A DNA stretch of 41,597 bases, taken from positions 1-41,597 of the IMG/VR virus record IMGVR_UViG_2703718828_000001; one strand, written 5' to 3'. The stretch's first letter is position 1, and each line of letters begins with the position of its first letter. This document shows, piece by piece, positions 17,244 to 26,629 of this stretch. The notes beneath the pieces were generated by a model. That model was not told the origin of the DNA and did no database searches. It saw nothing but the letters and a program-made list of their open reading frames with translations. Source of the stretch: a virus. Its lineage: Duplodnaviria > Heunggongvirae > Uroviricota > Caudoviricetes. Both the position numbers and the translations under genes were made by a program.

Positions 17244-17462
17244 CGCATGAACGAAGAAATGACAATTAGCAAATTGTATGAAATCGGGAAATCATACTTT
17301 CCTGGCGGACATTTTCGAGTGGAGGTATGGGATCTCGGTGTTCGTTTTGTGCATATGACTACCGAAAATAAAGAGGGAAAGACAGCTTTCCTTCAGGCTG
17401 ATCTTAAGACTCTTACATCTGCCGCAGTTCGCGGCTTCTTGGATGCTGAAACACGAGGCTAG
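17244..17462 (+). CDS. Hypothetical protein
   Basis: 72 aa from ATG at 17244 with AAGGA RBS; followed by a terminator. Confidence 0.4.
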   Translation, partial: RMNEEMTISKLYEIGKSYFPGGHFRVEVWDLGVRFVHMTTENKEGKTAFLQADLKTLTSAAVRGFLDAETRG

Positions 17463-17494
17463 ATTTCCATTTAATTCTGTACAAATAATCCCCC

Positions 17495-17522
17495 AAAGCC
17501 CTGCACCAACGGGGCTTTTTTA
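17495..17522 (+). terminator. Rho-independent terminator
   Basis: aagccc ... ggggct hairpin followed by T6. Confidence 0.5.
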
Positions 17523-17602
17523 TACGCAGAGTATGCGCTTCAAAGAAAGCCGATCCGTCGCGGGCCACCTGCTGTTGCTGGTGGTTTTTTATTGGAGTGA
17601 AT

Positions 17603-17893
17603 ATGGCATCCAGTTCACCCTGGCACCGACTCTATAACACCAAACGGTGGTACAGGCTCCGCTATCACCAGTTGCAGAAACAGCCACTCTGCGAGTTTCA
17701 TCTCAGGCGAAATCAGGTGATAGCCGCAACCGTTGTTGATCACATCAAACCACACAAGGGTGACGAGACGCTCTTTCACGACCCCGGAAACTTACAAAGT
17801 TTATGCAAACGCTGTCACGACTCAGTGAAGCAGCGCATGGAGAAGGGCGGAACGGTAACGGAATTCGACAATGATGGTCGGGTTATCTGGTAA
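17603..17893 (+). CDS. HNH endonuclease, packaging-associated
   Basis: CEFH...VDHIKPHKGDETLFHDPGNLQSLCKRCHD HNH motif; just upstream of terminase genes. Confidence 0.75.
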   Translation: MASSSPWHRLYNTKRWYRLRYHQLQKQPLCEFHLRRNQVIAATVVDHIKPHKGDETLFHDPGNLQSLCKRCHDSVKQRMEKGGTVTEFDNDGRVIW

Positions 17894-17905
17894 CAGGAGT
17901 ATGCA

Positions 17906-18115
17906 ATGCAAGATATGAAGATTGAATACCGGGACGGTAAGCTTGTTGAACTGAGCATTGATGGCGTGAGTTTCAGCTCTGTTACCGCCATCAACTTCAA
18001 CCACGAGGTGGGCGAGACGATACCTACGGTCAGCCTGACCTTCCCGCTCGGTGTCGGAGAACGACTGGTGCCCGCCAACCTCTCCCGTGAAAACCTGCGA
18101 ATCATCGATAAATGA
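17906..18115 (+). CDS. Hypothetical small protein
   Basis: 69-aa ORF with CAGGAGT RBS. Confidence 0.4.
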   Translation: MQDMKIEYRDGKLVELSIDGVSFSSVTAINFNHEVGETIPTVSLTFPLGVGERLVPANLSRENLRIIDK

Positions 18116-18236
18116 TATTAATTCTCATTTGAACCCCTGAGGGCTGGGGGGAGGGGTAAAACTCTGACGGCAAAATCTTAAAGACCGCGCTCCCCCGTTT
18201 CATTTTAAAAACGTCCAGAAAAAAAGGAAAAAAGCG

Positions 18237-18671
18237 ATGGCACAGCGAGGCAGAAAGTCTCTGGCTGCGACGTCTGCTGTCTCGCTGCCGGCACTGGCTG
18301 AAAGCAGGCTACAGCCGTCCATTCATCTGAGCGATCCGGAAATAAACGTCTGGGTCCGGTTGGTCAATGACAACCCCGCCAGCTCATTTACCGAAACGCA
18401 CCGCGACATGCTGGAAATGTACTGCCGCCATGTTGTGCAGGCTCGGTTGCTCACCACCCAGATTGAAGAATTCGAGCTGGAGTGGTTGTCCCGAGAAGAT
18501 GGGCTGAAGCGTTACGACAAACTGCTCACGATGCGCGAGCGTGAAGTGCGCTCTGCGTCCTCACTGGCGACGCGGCTGCGGATCACCCGGCAGGCGACTG
18601 CCGATCCCAAAACGGTAGGTCGTGCCAACAACAATCTGCCACGGGAGAGAAAACCCTGGGAAATTGAATAA
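18237..18671 (+). CDS. Terminase small subunit (P27 family)
   Basis: 144 aa directly upstream of the large subunit; P27-like composition. Confidence 0.65.
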   Translation: MAQRGRKSLAATSAVSLPALAESRLQPSIHLSDPEINVWVRLVNDNPASSFTETHRDMLEMYCRHVVQARLLTTQIEEFELEWLSREDGLKRYDKLLTMREREVRSASSLATRLRITRQATADPKTVGRANNNLPRERKPWEIE

Positions 18672-18680
18672 GGCTCTTAG

Positions 18681-20213
18681 ATGGCTAAAAAAACTCTGAC
18701 AAGAGCCGAGAGGAATATCCTCTGGTGCGAAAGAAATATCGTTATCCCTGAAGGTAAGTTTGTTGGTCAGCCCCTGAAAATGGCTGAGTTCATGAAAGAC
18801 GACTTCAGGGCTATCTTTGACAACAAACATGGCACTCGCCGCGCCATCATCAGCCGCGGGCGCAAGAACGCCAAGACCGTTGAAACCGCCATGCTGATGC
18901 TGCTCTATCTGGTGGGGCCAGAAGCGGCGCCGAACTCGCAGCTGTATTCTGCCGCACGTTCGCGTGACCAGGCGGCCATTCTGTTTAACCTGGCCTCCAA
19001 GATGTGCCGGATGAACCCGGTGCTGATGCAGTATGTGGCGATCAAGGATTCAGCAAAAGAAATTCACTGCCCTGAACTGGGTTCTTATTATCGCGCACTG
19101 AGCGCCGAAGCCACCACGGCCTACGGTTTCTCGCCGCGATTTGTCGCCCACGATGAGCTGGGGCAGGTTCGCGGGCCGCGCGACCCGCTTTATGAAGCGC
19201 TGGAAACCGCGACCGCTGCTCAGGATAACCCTATCTCGGTAATCATCAGTACCCAGGCGCCCGATGCGAGCGACCTGCTCAGCCTGCTTATTGATGATGG
19301 CCTGACCGGGGCAGATCCGCGAACGGTGGTCAGGCTCCAGACCGCGCCGGAAGATATCGACCCTTTCTCTGTTGAAGCCATCAGGCTGGCAAACCCCGCC
19401 TTTGATGTATTCATGAACCAGAAAGAAGTGCTGGATATGGCCGCCAGCGCAAAACGCCTGCCGTCGCGCCAGGCAGAGTTTGAGAACCTTGTACTAAACC
19501 GCAGGGTTGAGGCGAAAAGCCCGTTCGTGAGCCAGACCGTGTGGCACATGAATAAAGAGGAACCCGGCGAACTGGCGGGCGCTACCGTCTGGGGCGGCCT
19601 GGACCTTTCCAGCGTGTCGGACCTCACCGCGCTGATTCTCAACACAACCCATGGCGATGTGCACTGTAAATTCTGGCTACCTGAGGAAGGGCTGGCTGAC
19701 AAGGCGCGTAACGATCGCGTGCCTTATGACATCTGGGCGAGGCAGGGCTGGCTGAACACGACACCGGGAAAAGCCATTGAGTATGCCTTTATCGCCAGGG
19801 AGCTGCGGCGCGTTTTTGATATCTGTAACGTCAGGGTGCTGGCTTTCGACCGCTATAACATGCGTTTCCTTCGCCCTCATCTCATCGATGCCGGATTCAC
19901 TGAAGCCGAACTTGAGCGGTTTGTGGAGTTCGGCCAGGGCTTTGTCTCTATGTCTCCCGCACTCAGGGAGCTTGAGGCCAGACTGCTCGGTGCGCAGCTG
20001 AAGCACGGCAACCATCCGATCCTCGAAATGTGCGCCAAAAACGCCACGGTAATCACCGACCCAGCCGGTAACCGCAAATTTGTTAAAGGCAAGTCCAGTG
20101 GCCGTATCGACGGCATGGTAGCACTGGCAATGTCCATCGGGGCACAGTCCAGTGACGATGTAGAGGATCCGGGAGATGTTAACGATTTTATCTATAACTT
20201 TTTGAGCGTGTAA
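18681..20213 (+). CDS. Terminase large subunit
   Basis: 510 aa; position between TerS and portal; ATPase/nuclease-like layout. Confidence 0.8.
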   Translation: MAKKTLTRAERNILWCERNIVIPEGKFVGQPLKMAEFMKDDFRAIFDNKHGTRRAIISRGRKNAKTVETAMLMLLYLVGPEAAPNSQLYSAARSRDQAAILFNLASKMCRMNPVLMQYVAIKDSAKEIHCPELGSYYRALSAEATTAYGFSPRFVAHDELGQVRGPRDPLYEALETATAAQDNPISVIISTQAPDASDLLSLLIDDGLTGADPRTVVRLQTAPEDIDPFSVEAIRLANPAFDVFMNQKEVLDMAASAKRLPSRQAEFENLVLNRRVEAKSPFVSQTVWHMNKEEPGELAGATVWGGLDLSSVSDLTALILNTTHGDVHCKFWLPEEGLADKARNDRVPYDIWARQGWLNTTPGKAIEYAFIARELRRVFDICNVRVLAFDRYNMRFLRPHLIDAGFTEAELERFVEFGQGFVSMSPALRELEARLLGAQLKHGNHPILEMCAKNATVITDPAGNRKFVKGKSSGRIDGMVALAMSIGAQSSDDVEDPGDVNDFIYNFLSV

Positions 20214-20215
20214 AA

Positions 20216-21493
20216 ATGGCAGATACCGATTACAGCATTGACCTGCGAACGCGATCGCCATTCTGGGCGCGCATGGCCTCCATCCTGACCGGTGGCAGAC
20301 TGGTTACACCAGAGAAAGGCTCTCAGATGGCTGGCACCTCTGCGCACGGCGTTGTTGGTGAATCCGTTGTCACTGATGAGCGAAACATGCAAATCAGCAC
20401 GGTGTGGGCCTGTATCCGTCTCATTTCTACAGTCACTGCATCTTTACCGCTTGATGTTTACGAAACCAAAGACGATCAGCGCAGCAAGGTTCCTGGCAAC
20501 CATCCTCTCGCAAAACTACTGAGGTTTCGGCCAAACAATTTCATGACCGCACTGGAGTTCCGCGAAGCCATGACCATGCAGTTGTGCGCCTACGGTAATG
20601 CTTACGCGCATGTGGAGCGAAACAGCGTCGGCGACGTTATCAGTATGGTTCCTCTGATGAGCGCCAATATGGAAGTGCGGCTCAGTGAAAACGGCAAAAC
20701 CATTATCTACCGCTATCGTCGTGACACGGAATACGCCAACTTTTCACAGAAAGAAATTTTCCATCTCAAGGGATTTGGCTTCAATGGGCTAACCGGCCTG
20801 TCTCCGCTGGCGTTCAGCGCGAAGTCTGCAGGTGTCGCCATTGCCATGGAAGATAATCAGCGTGAGTTCTTCGCGAACGGCGCGAAGTCTCCGCAGATCC
20901 TGATGACTGATGGCAAGGTGCTGACTAAAGAGCAGCGCGGTCAGCTGGAGGAGAACTTTAAGGAGATTGCAGGCGGACCGGTTAAAAAGCGGTTGTGGAT
21001 CCTGGAGAGCGGGTTTACTACGCAGGCTATAGGGGTTTCGCCTCAGGATTCGGAAATACTGGCTGCACGAAAATTTCAGGTCGCCGAACTGGCCCGCTTT
21101 TACGGTGTTCCTCCGCATCTGGTCGGCGATGTTGATAAAACCACCTCCTGGGGATCGGGAATTGAGCAGCAAAACCTGGGCTTTCTTCAGTACACGCTAA
21201 AACCCTACCTTGACCGCTGGGAGTACAGCATTGAACGCTGGCTGGTGAAAGAGTCAGAGCAGGGCGCTATTCATGCCGAACATAACCTCGACGGGCTGTT
21301 ACGCGGCGACTCAACAAGCCGGGCATCCTTCATGCAGATCATGGTCAATACCGGCATTCGCACCGTTAACGAGGTTCGACGGCTGGATAACCTGCCACCA
21401 CTGCCCGGCGGTGACGTGGCGACGCGCCAGTCGCAGAACGTACCCATTACCGATCTTGGATCAAGCAAAGAGCCCCGCAATGACGGGGCTTAA
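20216..21493 (+). CDS. Portal protein, HK97 family
   Basis: 425 aa; follows terminase; FYGVPPHLVGD segment. Confidence 0.8.
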   Translation: MADTDYSIDLRTRSPFWARMASILTGGRLVTPEKGSQMAGTSAHGVVGESVVTDERNMQISTVWACIRLISTVTASLPLDVYETKDDQRSKVPGNHPLAKLLRFRPNNFMTALEFREAMTMQLCAYGNAYAHVERNSVGDVISMVPLMSANMEVRLSENGKTIIYRYRRDTEYANFSQKEIFHLKGFGFNGLTGLSPLAFSAKSAGVAIAMEDNQREFFANGAKSPQILMTDGKVLTKEQRGQLEENFKEIAGGPVKKRLWILESGFTTQAIGVSPQDSEILAARKFQVAELARFYGVPPHLVGDVDKTTSWGSGIEQQNLGFLQYTLKPYLDRWEYSIERWLVKESEQGAIHAEHNLDGLLRGDSTSRASFMQIMVNTGIRTVNEVRRLDNLPPLPGGDVATRQSQNVPITDLGSSKEPRNDGA

Positions 21494-21498
21494 TTTTT

Positions 21499-22179
21499 AT
21501 GGGGGCCATGATGCCTGAAATTCAAAAGACGCTGGCGTTCGACCAGACCGAAATCAAGTTTACCGGTGACGGCAGTAAGGGAACGTTTGAAGGGTACGCC
21601 TCGGTTTTCAATAACACCGATGCCGATGGCGACATTATTTTGCCCGGCGCTTTCGCTGGTGTGGTCGCTAACCAGAGCCGCAAGGTGGCTATGTTCTTTA
21701 ACCACCAGACGCGAGCCATCCCGGTTGGCAAATGGGATGCCATGCACGAAGACGAGAAGGGGCTTTTTGTGCGAGGGCAACTTACGCCGGGGTTAAGTCT
21801 GGCAGAAGACCTGAAGGCCGCCATGCAGCATGGCACGGTTGAAGGCATGTCGGTGGGGTTTTCCGTCGGCCCCGACGATTACACCATCGGCACGTCAGGC
21901 CTCATTTTCAAACACATTTCTTACCTGCGGGAAATCAGTGTCTGCACCTTCCCGGCAAACGAGCTTGCGGGCGTAACCGCCATGAAGAGCATCGACGGCA
22001 TTAAAACCATTCGTGACGCGGAGGCCTGGCTGAGGGATTCAGTCGGCCTTACTCGCGCAGAAGCGCAGGCGTTTATCTCCCGCGTGAAGTCCGCAGGCCG
22101 AAGCGAGTTCGGCGGCGGCGACATTGACGCGCTGGCACAGCGCATTACCTCATTTGCCGCTAACCTGCGGACACCTTAA
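21499..22179 (+). CDS. Prohead protease, HK97 family
   Basis: FEGYASVFNNTDADGDIILPGAF motif; between portal and capsid. Confidence 0.8.
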   Translation: MGAMMPEIQKTLAFDQTEIKFTGDGSKGTFEGYASVFNNTDADGDIILPGAFAGVVANQSRKVAMFFNHQTRAIPVGKWDAMHEDEKGLFVRGQLTPGLSLAEDLKAAMQHGTVEGMSVGFSVGPDDYTIGTSGLIFKHISYLREISVCTFPANELAGVTAMKSIDGIKTIRDAEAWLRDSVGLTRAEAQAFISRVKSAGRSEFGGGDIDALAQRITSFAANLRTP

Positions 22180-22190
22180 CGGAGTAACAC

Positions 22191-23354
22191 ATGTCTGAAT
22201 TATCTGTACTGGAAAAAGCAATCGAGAACTCCCAGAAAGAAGTGAAGGAGCTTATCGAAGAACAGCGTAAATCCATTAACCAGAACGGGGAAATCAACAA
22301 GCAACTGCAGACCGATCTGGCTAAAGCCCAGGATGAACTGAAAACCACCGGTACCCGCCTGTTTGATCTCGAGCAGAAACTGGCCGGAAACTCACCTGAC
22401 CAGACCGCCCAGAAGTCCTTTGCAGAGCGCGTGTCCGAAGACCTGATGAAAGGCTGGGACGGCTCACGCACCAAAGCGAAAGTCACCAGTTTTGATAAAG
22501 CGATCGGGTCTGGCGCCAACTCCGCCGGCGCACTGGTTCTGCCACAGCAGCAGCCGGGAATCCTTATGCCTGGCCTCCGCCGCCTGACCGTACGTGACCT
22601 GCTGGCACAGGGGCGCATCACCAGTAATGCGCTGGAGTATGTTCGTGAGAACGTGTTCACCAACGCTGCCGCGCCAGTGGCGGAAGGCACCCTCAAGCCG
22701 GAAAGTAACATTACCTTCACCAAAGAAACGGCGAACGTGAAAACCATCGCCCACTGGATCCAGGCATCCCGACAGATTATGGATGATGCACCAGCTCTGG
22801 AGTCTTACATCAATTCCCGCATGATGTACGGCCTGGCTCTGGTGGAAGAGAATCAGATACTGAACGGGGATGGTACCGGCGACAACCTCCAGGGGCTTAA
22901 CGTAGTGGCGACCGACTACGAAACTGCCCTCAACGCGACCGGGGATACCGGTGCAGATGTTCTTGCTCACGCCATCTATCAGGTGTCGCTGAGCGAGTTT
23001 GAAGCCGATGGCATCATTCTTAACCCGGCGGACTGGCACCGTATCGCGTTGCTGAAAGACGCCAATGGCAATTACATCATGGGCGGCCCGCAGGCGTTTG
23101 CCTCGAAAGTGCTTTGGGGTCTGCCGGTGGTGTCGACCACGGCACAGACGGCAGGCAAATTCACCGTTGGCGCGTTTGGCCTGGCATCTCAGGTGTGGGA
23201 CCGTATGGATGCCACTATCGAGATCAGTAATCAGGATCGCGATAACTTCGTTAAAAACATGCTGACCATCCTGTGCGAAGAACGCCTGGCGCTGGCGCAC
23301 TACCGTCCCGCAGCTATCGTCACTGGCGATGTTGCGGTTTCCTCCGGCGAATAA
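22191..23354 (+). CDS. Major capsid protein, HK97 fold
   Basis: 387 aa following the protease; N-terminal coiled-coil delta-like region. Confidence 0.8.
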   Translation: MSELSVLEKAIENSQKEVKELIEEQRKSINQNGEINKQLQTDLAKAQDELKTTGTRLFDLEQKLAGNSPDQTAQKSFAERVSEDLMKGWDGSRTKAKVTSFDKAIGSGANSAGALVLPQQQPGILMPGLRRLTVRDLLAQGRITSNALEYVRENVFTNAAAPVAEGTLKPESNITFTKETANVKTIAHWIQASRQIMDDAPALESYINSRMMYGLALVEENQILNGDGTGDNLQGLNVVATDYETALNATGDTGADVLAHAIYQVSLSEFEADGIILNPADWHRIALLKDANGNYIMGGPQAFASKVLWGLPVVSTTAQTAGKFTVGAFGLASQVWDRMDATIEISNQDRDNFVKNMLTILCEERLALAHYRPAAIVTGDVAVSSGE

Positions 23355-23580
23355 CAGAAGGGCGCGGTCAGTAATGGCCGCGTTTAATGTATGAAAATTA
23401 AAGCTCTCCGTATGTTCTCGCATTATCACCTGGGCACTGTGTCCCAGGGCGAAACCCGCATGGTGAAGAAAGAAATCGGCGAAGCGCTGGTCAAACTGCA
23501 CCTGGCCGAAGAGGTTGAGCCCGAAAAGGCGAAAACCTCCGATCCTGAGCAGCCTGCAAAAGCCAAAACCGGAGGTAAAG

Positions 23581-23913
23581 GTGGAAATAAGCGCGGAGCA
23601 GATGGAGCTGATAAAGACTCATCTGAGGGTTGATAGCGACGCCGAAGATTCTCTTATCGCGGCCTACACATCGGCTGCCGTCGATTATGTTGAGAAGTTC
23701 TGCGACGGCGAGCTGGTGGAGTCGCTGACGCCGCCGGTGGAACGGGAAACGCCGCCCCGTGAGATCCTTTTCACTTCTGGCATATGGGCTGCAATGCTGC
23801 TTCTTATCGGTCACTGGTACGCAAACCGGGAAGCAGTCAATGTCGGCAATATTACTTCTGAGCTACCGCTTGGAGTTGAAGCCCTGCTACTTCGACACCG
23901 GAGGTGGCACTGA
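23581..23913 (+). CDS. Head-tail connector (gp6-like)
   Basis: GTG start after GGAGGT; ISAEQMELIKTHLRVDSDAEDSLIAAYTSAA motif. Confidence 0.6.
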   Translation: MEISAEQMELIKTHLRVDSDAEDSLIAAYTSAAVDYVEKFCDGELVESLTPPVERETPPREILFTSGIWAAMLLLIGHWYANREAVNVGNITSELPLGVEALLLRHRRWH

Positions 23914-23973
23914 TGGCCTGTTCCGGATGTGCCGCCCGCCGTGAGTGGCTACAAAAGTGGATGAAAATCGCCT

Positions 23974-24180
23974 ATGAACGAGCAACAGGTAAACGAACTT
24001 CTGAAAGCGCTGGAGTTACAGACAAAAGCGCAGATAGACCAGACCGCAGCGATAAACCGCCTGGCTGAATCCAATGAATCTCTGGCCGCCATACTTTATC
24101 AGTACGTGGCTGAAGACATTGAAAACACCACACTCGATTCACCGGTACCGACTTACCTTAGCGGTAAGCCCAGGGGGTGA
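23974..24180 (+). CDS. Hypothetical small protein
   Basis: 68-aa ORF between connector genes; weak RBS. Confidence 0.35.
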   Translation: MNEQQVNELLKALELQTKAQIDQTAAINRLAESNESLAAILYQYVAEDIENTTLDSPVPTYLSGKPRG

Positions 24181-24182
24181 GC

Positions 24183-24515
24183 ATGCAGGCCGGAAAACTT
24201 CGTTACCGCGTTACATTGCAGAAGCCAGTCAAAACCCAGAGTCCGACTACCGGAGCCATTATCAACGGCTGGGCTGACGTTGCTACCCTGTGGGCAAGTA
24301 TTGTCGATCTGTCCGCGCGTGAGTTTGTAGCGGCCCAGGCAGGGCAAAGCGAAGTCACGACGAGGATCACTATTCGCTGGCGCGATGACGTAACCAGTAA
24401 GCACCGCATCCTTTATCTCGGTCGTGTGTATAACGTTCATGGCGTTCTGGCCGACGACAAAAGTGGGCGCGAATATCTGACACTTCCATGTTCGCAGGGG
24501 GTTAACGATGGCTGA
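24183..24515 (+). CDS. Head closure / head-tail adaptor protein
   Basis: MQAGKLRYRVTLQKP... typical head-tail joining start. Confidence 0.65.
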   Translation: MQAGKLRYRVTLQKPVKTQSPTTGAIINGWADVATLWASIVDLSAREFVAAQAGQSEVTTRITIRWRDDVTSKHRILYLGRVYNVHGVLADDKSGREYLTLPCSQGVNDG

Positions 24516-24993
24516 CGGTATTGAGTTCAGCATTACTGGCGTCGATTCTTTGCTGGGCAAACTGGATGCCGTCAGCGTCGATCTGCGCCGCAAAGGTGGC
24601 AGGGCTGCGCTCAGGCGTGCCGGCAACGTCATCGTTGAGAAAGCGAAGACTAACGCCCGACGCGTTGATGATCCTGGCACCGGCAGGAGCATCGCAGATA
24701 ACATTGCCATGCGCTGGAATGGCCGTCTTTTTAAGCGTACGGGTGATCTGAGTTTTCGCATTGGCGTGCTGCACGGCGCGGTCCTTAAAAAGCACCCCGA
24801 TCTTGGCAGGAATGCACCTACTCCTCACTGGCGCCTTATTGAGTTCGGTACCGAGAATGTCCGTGCCCAGCCAATTATGCGCCCGGCAGCAGATAGCAGC
24901 GTCGGCGAAGTGATAAATACCTTTGTCACGGAGTATGAAAAGGCCATTGACCGTGCCATTAAGCGTGCTCAGAAAAAAGGAATACCACCATGA
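24508..24993 (+). CDS. HK97 gp10-like tail component
   Basis: 161 aa; position and composition. Confidence 0.6.
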   Translation: MADGIEFSITGVDSLLGKLDAVSVDLRRKGGRAALRRAGNVIVEKAKTNARRVDDPGTGRSIADNIAMRWNGRLFKRTGDLSFRIGVLHGAVLKKHPDLGRNAPTPHWRLIEFGTENVRAQPIMRPAADSSVGEVINTFVTEYEKAIDRAIKRAQKKGIPP

Positions 24994-25355
24994 TTGCGCC
25001 CATATTTGGTGTATGCGCGGCAAGTACGGCGGTAACCGCGCTAATCGGCTCTAATCCGGTTCGACTATACCCCTTCGGCCAGCAGGATGATGCTGTCGTT
25101 TACCCGTACGCGGTTTGGCAGAACGTAACTGGCTTACCGGAAAACTATCTGGCGCAGCGGCCGGATGCAGACTTCTTTACGCTGCAGGTAGATGCGTATG
25201 GCGACACGGCGGACGAGGTTATTGCCGTCGCCTCTGCGCTGCGTGACGCCATCGAGCCGCACGCGTATATCACACGCCTGGGTGAGCAGGAGAAAGACCC
25301 GGAAACAAAGCGCTATCGCTACTCATTCGATGTTGACTGGATAGTCACTCGATAA
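24990..25355 (+). CDS. Tail completion / terminator protein (DUF3168-like)
   Basis: 121 aa upstream of the major tail gene. Confidence 0.55.
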   Translation: MIAPIFGVCAASTAVTALIGSNPVRLYPFGQQDDAVVYPYAVWQNVTGLPENYLAQRPDADFFTLQVDAYGDTADEVIAVASALRDAIEPHAYITRLGEQEKDPETKRYRYSFDVDWIVTR

Positions 25356-25370
25356 ACGAATTATTCAACC

Positions 25371-25393
25371 ACCGGCCTTGAGCCGGTTTTTTT
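25371..25393 (+). terminator. Hairpin plus T7 upstream of the major tail gene (attenuator-like)
   Basis: ccggc-cttga-gccgg followed by ttttttt. Confidence 0.45.
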
Positions 25394-25409
25394 ATGACCG
25401 GAGATAACA

Positions 25410-25910
25410 ATGTCTGTATTGACGCAAGGTACGCAGCTCTTTGTGCTCGCGAAAGGCGCGGTGAGCGAAGTTGAATGTATCACTGCATTTTCACCCGGCA
25501 GCAACCCGGCCGACCAGATTGAAGACACCTGTCTTTCTGAGCGCTTTGATCGCAGCTATAAGCGTGGTCTTCGAACGCCTGGCACAGCATCACTGACGCT
25601 TAACGCTGATCCTAAAAATACCAGCCACATCATGCTCTACAACCTGTCTATTTCGGACGACGAAGAGGATCAGGACCTGACGTTCGCGATTGGATGGTCA
25701 GACGGGACCGCATCGCCAACTGCGGCTGAAGATGGTGCATCCGGTGCAGTCGATGGCCTGCTGCTACCTGACAGCCGCACATGGTTCGTATTCAAAGGCT
25801 ATGTGTCCGACTTCCCGTTTGATTTTGCAGCAAACACGGTTGTTTCTACTTCTGCATCTGTCCAGCGCTCCGGCTCTGCTGTATGGGTGCCAAAAGTCGT
25901 GACTCCATAA
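25410..25910 (+). CDS. Major tail (tube) protein
   Basis: 166 aa preceding the chaperone pair and tape measure gene. Confidence 0.7.
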   Translation: MSVLTQGTQLFVLAKGAVSEVECITAFSPGSNPADQIEDTCLSERFDRSYKRGLRTPGTASLTLNADPKNTSHIMLYNLSISDDEEDQDLTFAIGWSDGTASPTAAEDGASGAVDGLLLPDSRTWFVFKGYVSDFPFDFAANTVVSTSASVQRSGSAVWVPKVVTP

Positions 25911-25945
25911 AATCAGGGCGGCAACGCCCTTATTAATCAGGATTA

Positions 25946-26434
25946 ATGATGAAATTAACACTTGATGCACTCAAAGAGTCCGGCGCGTTTACCGGTCGCC
26001 CGGTTGAGAAAGAAATAACCTGGACACAGGGCGTTAAAAAAATCACCGCGACCGTGTATGTTCGCCCGATGGGTTATCACACAGCAACCTCCGATGTGCT
26101 GGCTTTTGGGGGTAAGGTCGATGGTGTGGCAGGGCGTATCGCCGCATCCATCTGCGATGAACAGGGTAAACCCATATTCACCCCGGCTGACATTACTGGT
26201 GAGGCCGATCCTGAACGTGGAGCACTCGATGGTGGCCTGACGGTAGCGCTGCTGTTGGCCATTCAGGAAGTTAACGATCTGGGAAAGACTTCGAGCTCAG
26301 CGCCGAAGACGAATTCTGGTGCGAGCTCGTCCTCAACGGAATCGGAGGCAGAACAATCGCCGAAGCGCGGGAAGTCCTCTCATTCAAAGAGTCCCAACTC
26401 TGGGCAAAGTACCGGGAACGATACGGAAGTCTGA
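25946..26434 (+). CDS. Tail assembly chaperone (G-like)
   Basis: 162 aa; acidic Ser-rich C-terminus; contains the slippery heptamer near its 3' end. Confidence 0.75.
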   Translation: MMKLTLDALKESGAFTGRPVEKEITWTQGVKKITATVYVRPMGYHTATSDVLAFGGKVDGVAGRIAASICDEQGKPIFTPADITGEADPERGALDGGLTVALLLAIQEVNDLGKTSSSAPKTNSGASSSSTESEAEQSPKRGKSSHSKSPNSGQSTGNDTEV

Positions 26435-26610
26435 ACCCTATGTTGCGGGTTGAGTGGGGTGCCGGGCTGGTGAGCAGCATGATAGCCAACGTTAACAGAG
26501 ACCCCAAGCGCCCACCATTCAACCCGACCGATTTCACACTGCACTTTACCAAAGTCAAAGCTGCTGATGGACCAATCTCGTTAGAGGAAGCCAGAGCCAG
26601 CTGGACATAA
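25946..26610 (+). CDS. Tail assembly chaperone G-T fusion made by -1 programmed frameshift
   Basis: GGGAAAG at 26281-26287; the -1 frame stays open from the slip site to TAA at 26608-26610 (DFELSAEDEFWCELVLNGIGGRTIAEAREVL...). Confidence 0.7.
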
Positions 26611-26629
26611 CGCCGCCAACGGAGAGTTT

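Noticed and set aside
18116-18236. G-rich tract (gggctggggggaggggt) upstream of TerS as a cos site
   Set aside because: Plausible position for a packaging site, but no recognisable cohesive-end signature; too speculative to call.
19220-20261. Two minus-strand ORFs of 160 and 194 aa
   Set aside because: Both antisense inside the terminase large subunit gene; low-complexity translations.
22464-23501. 345-aa minus-strand ORF
   Set aside because: Lies wholly antisense to the major capsid gene; long shadow ORFs are expected in GC-rich coding DNA and the sense gene has clear family features.
23391-23633. 80-aa plus-strand ORF after the capsid gene
   Set aside because: Overlaps the better-supported GTG start of the head-tail connector and has a low-complexity Lys/Gly-rich tail; could be real but not supportable.
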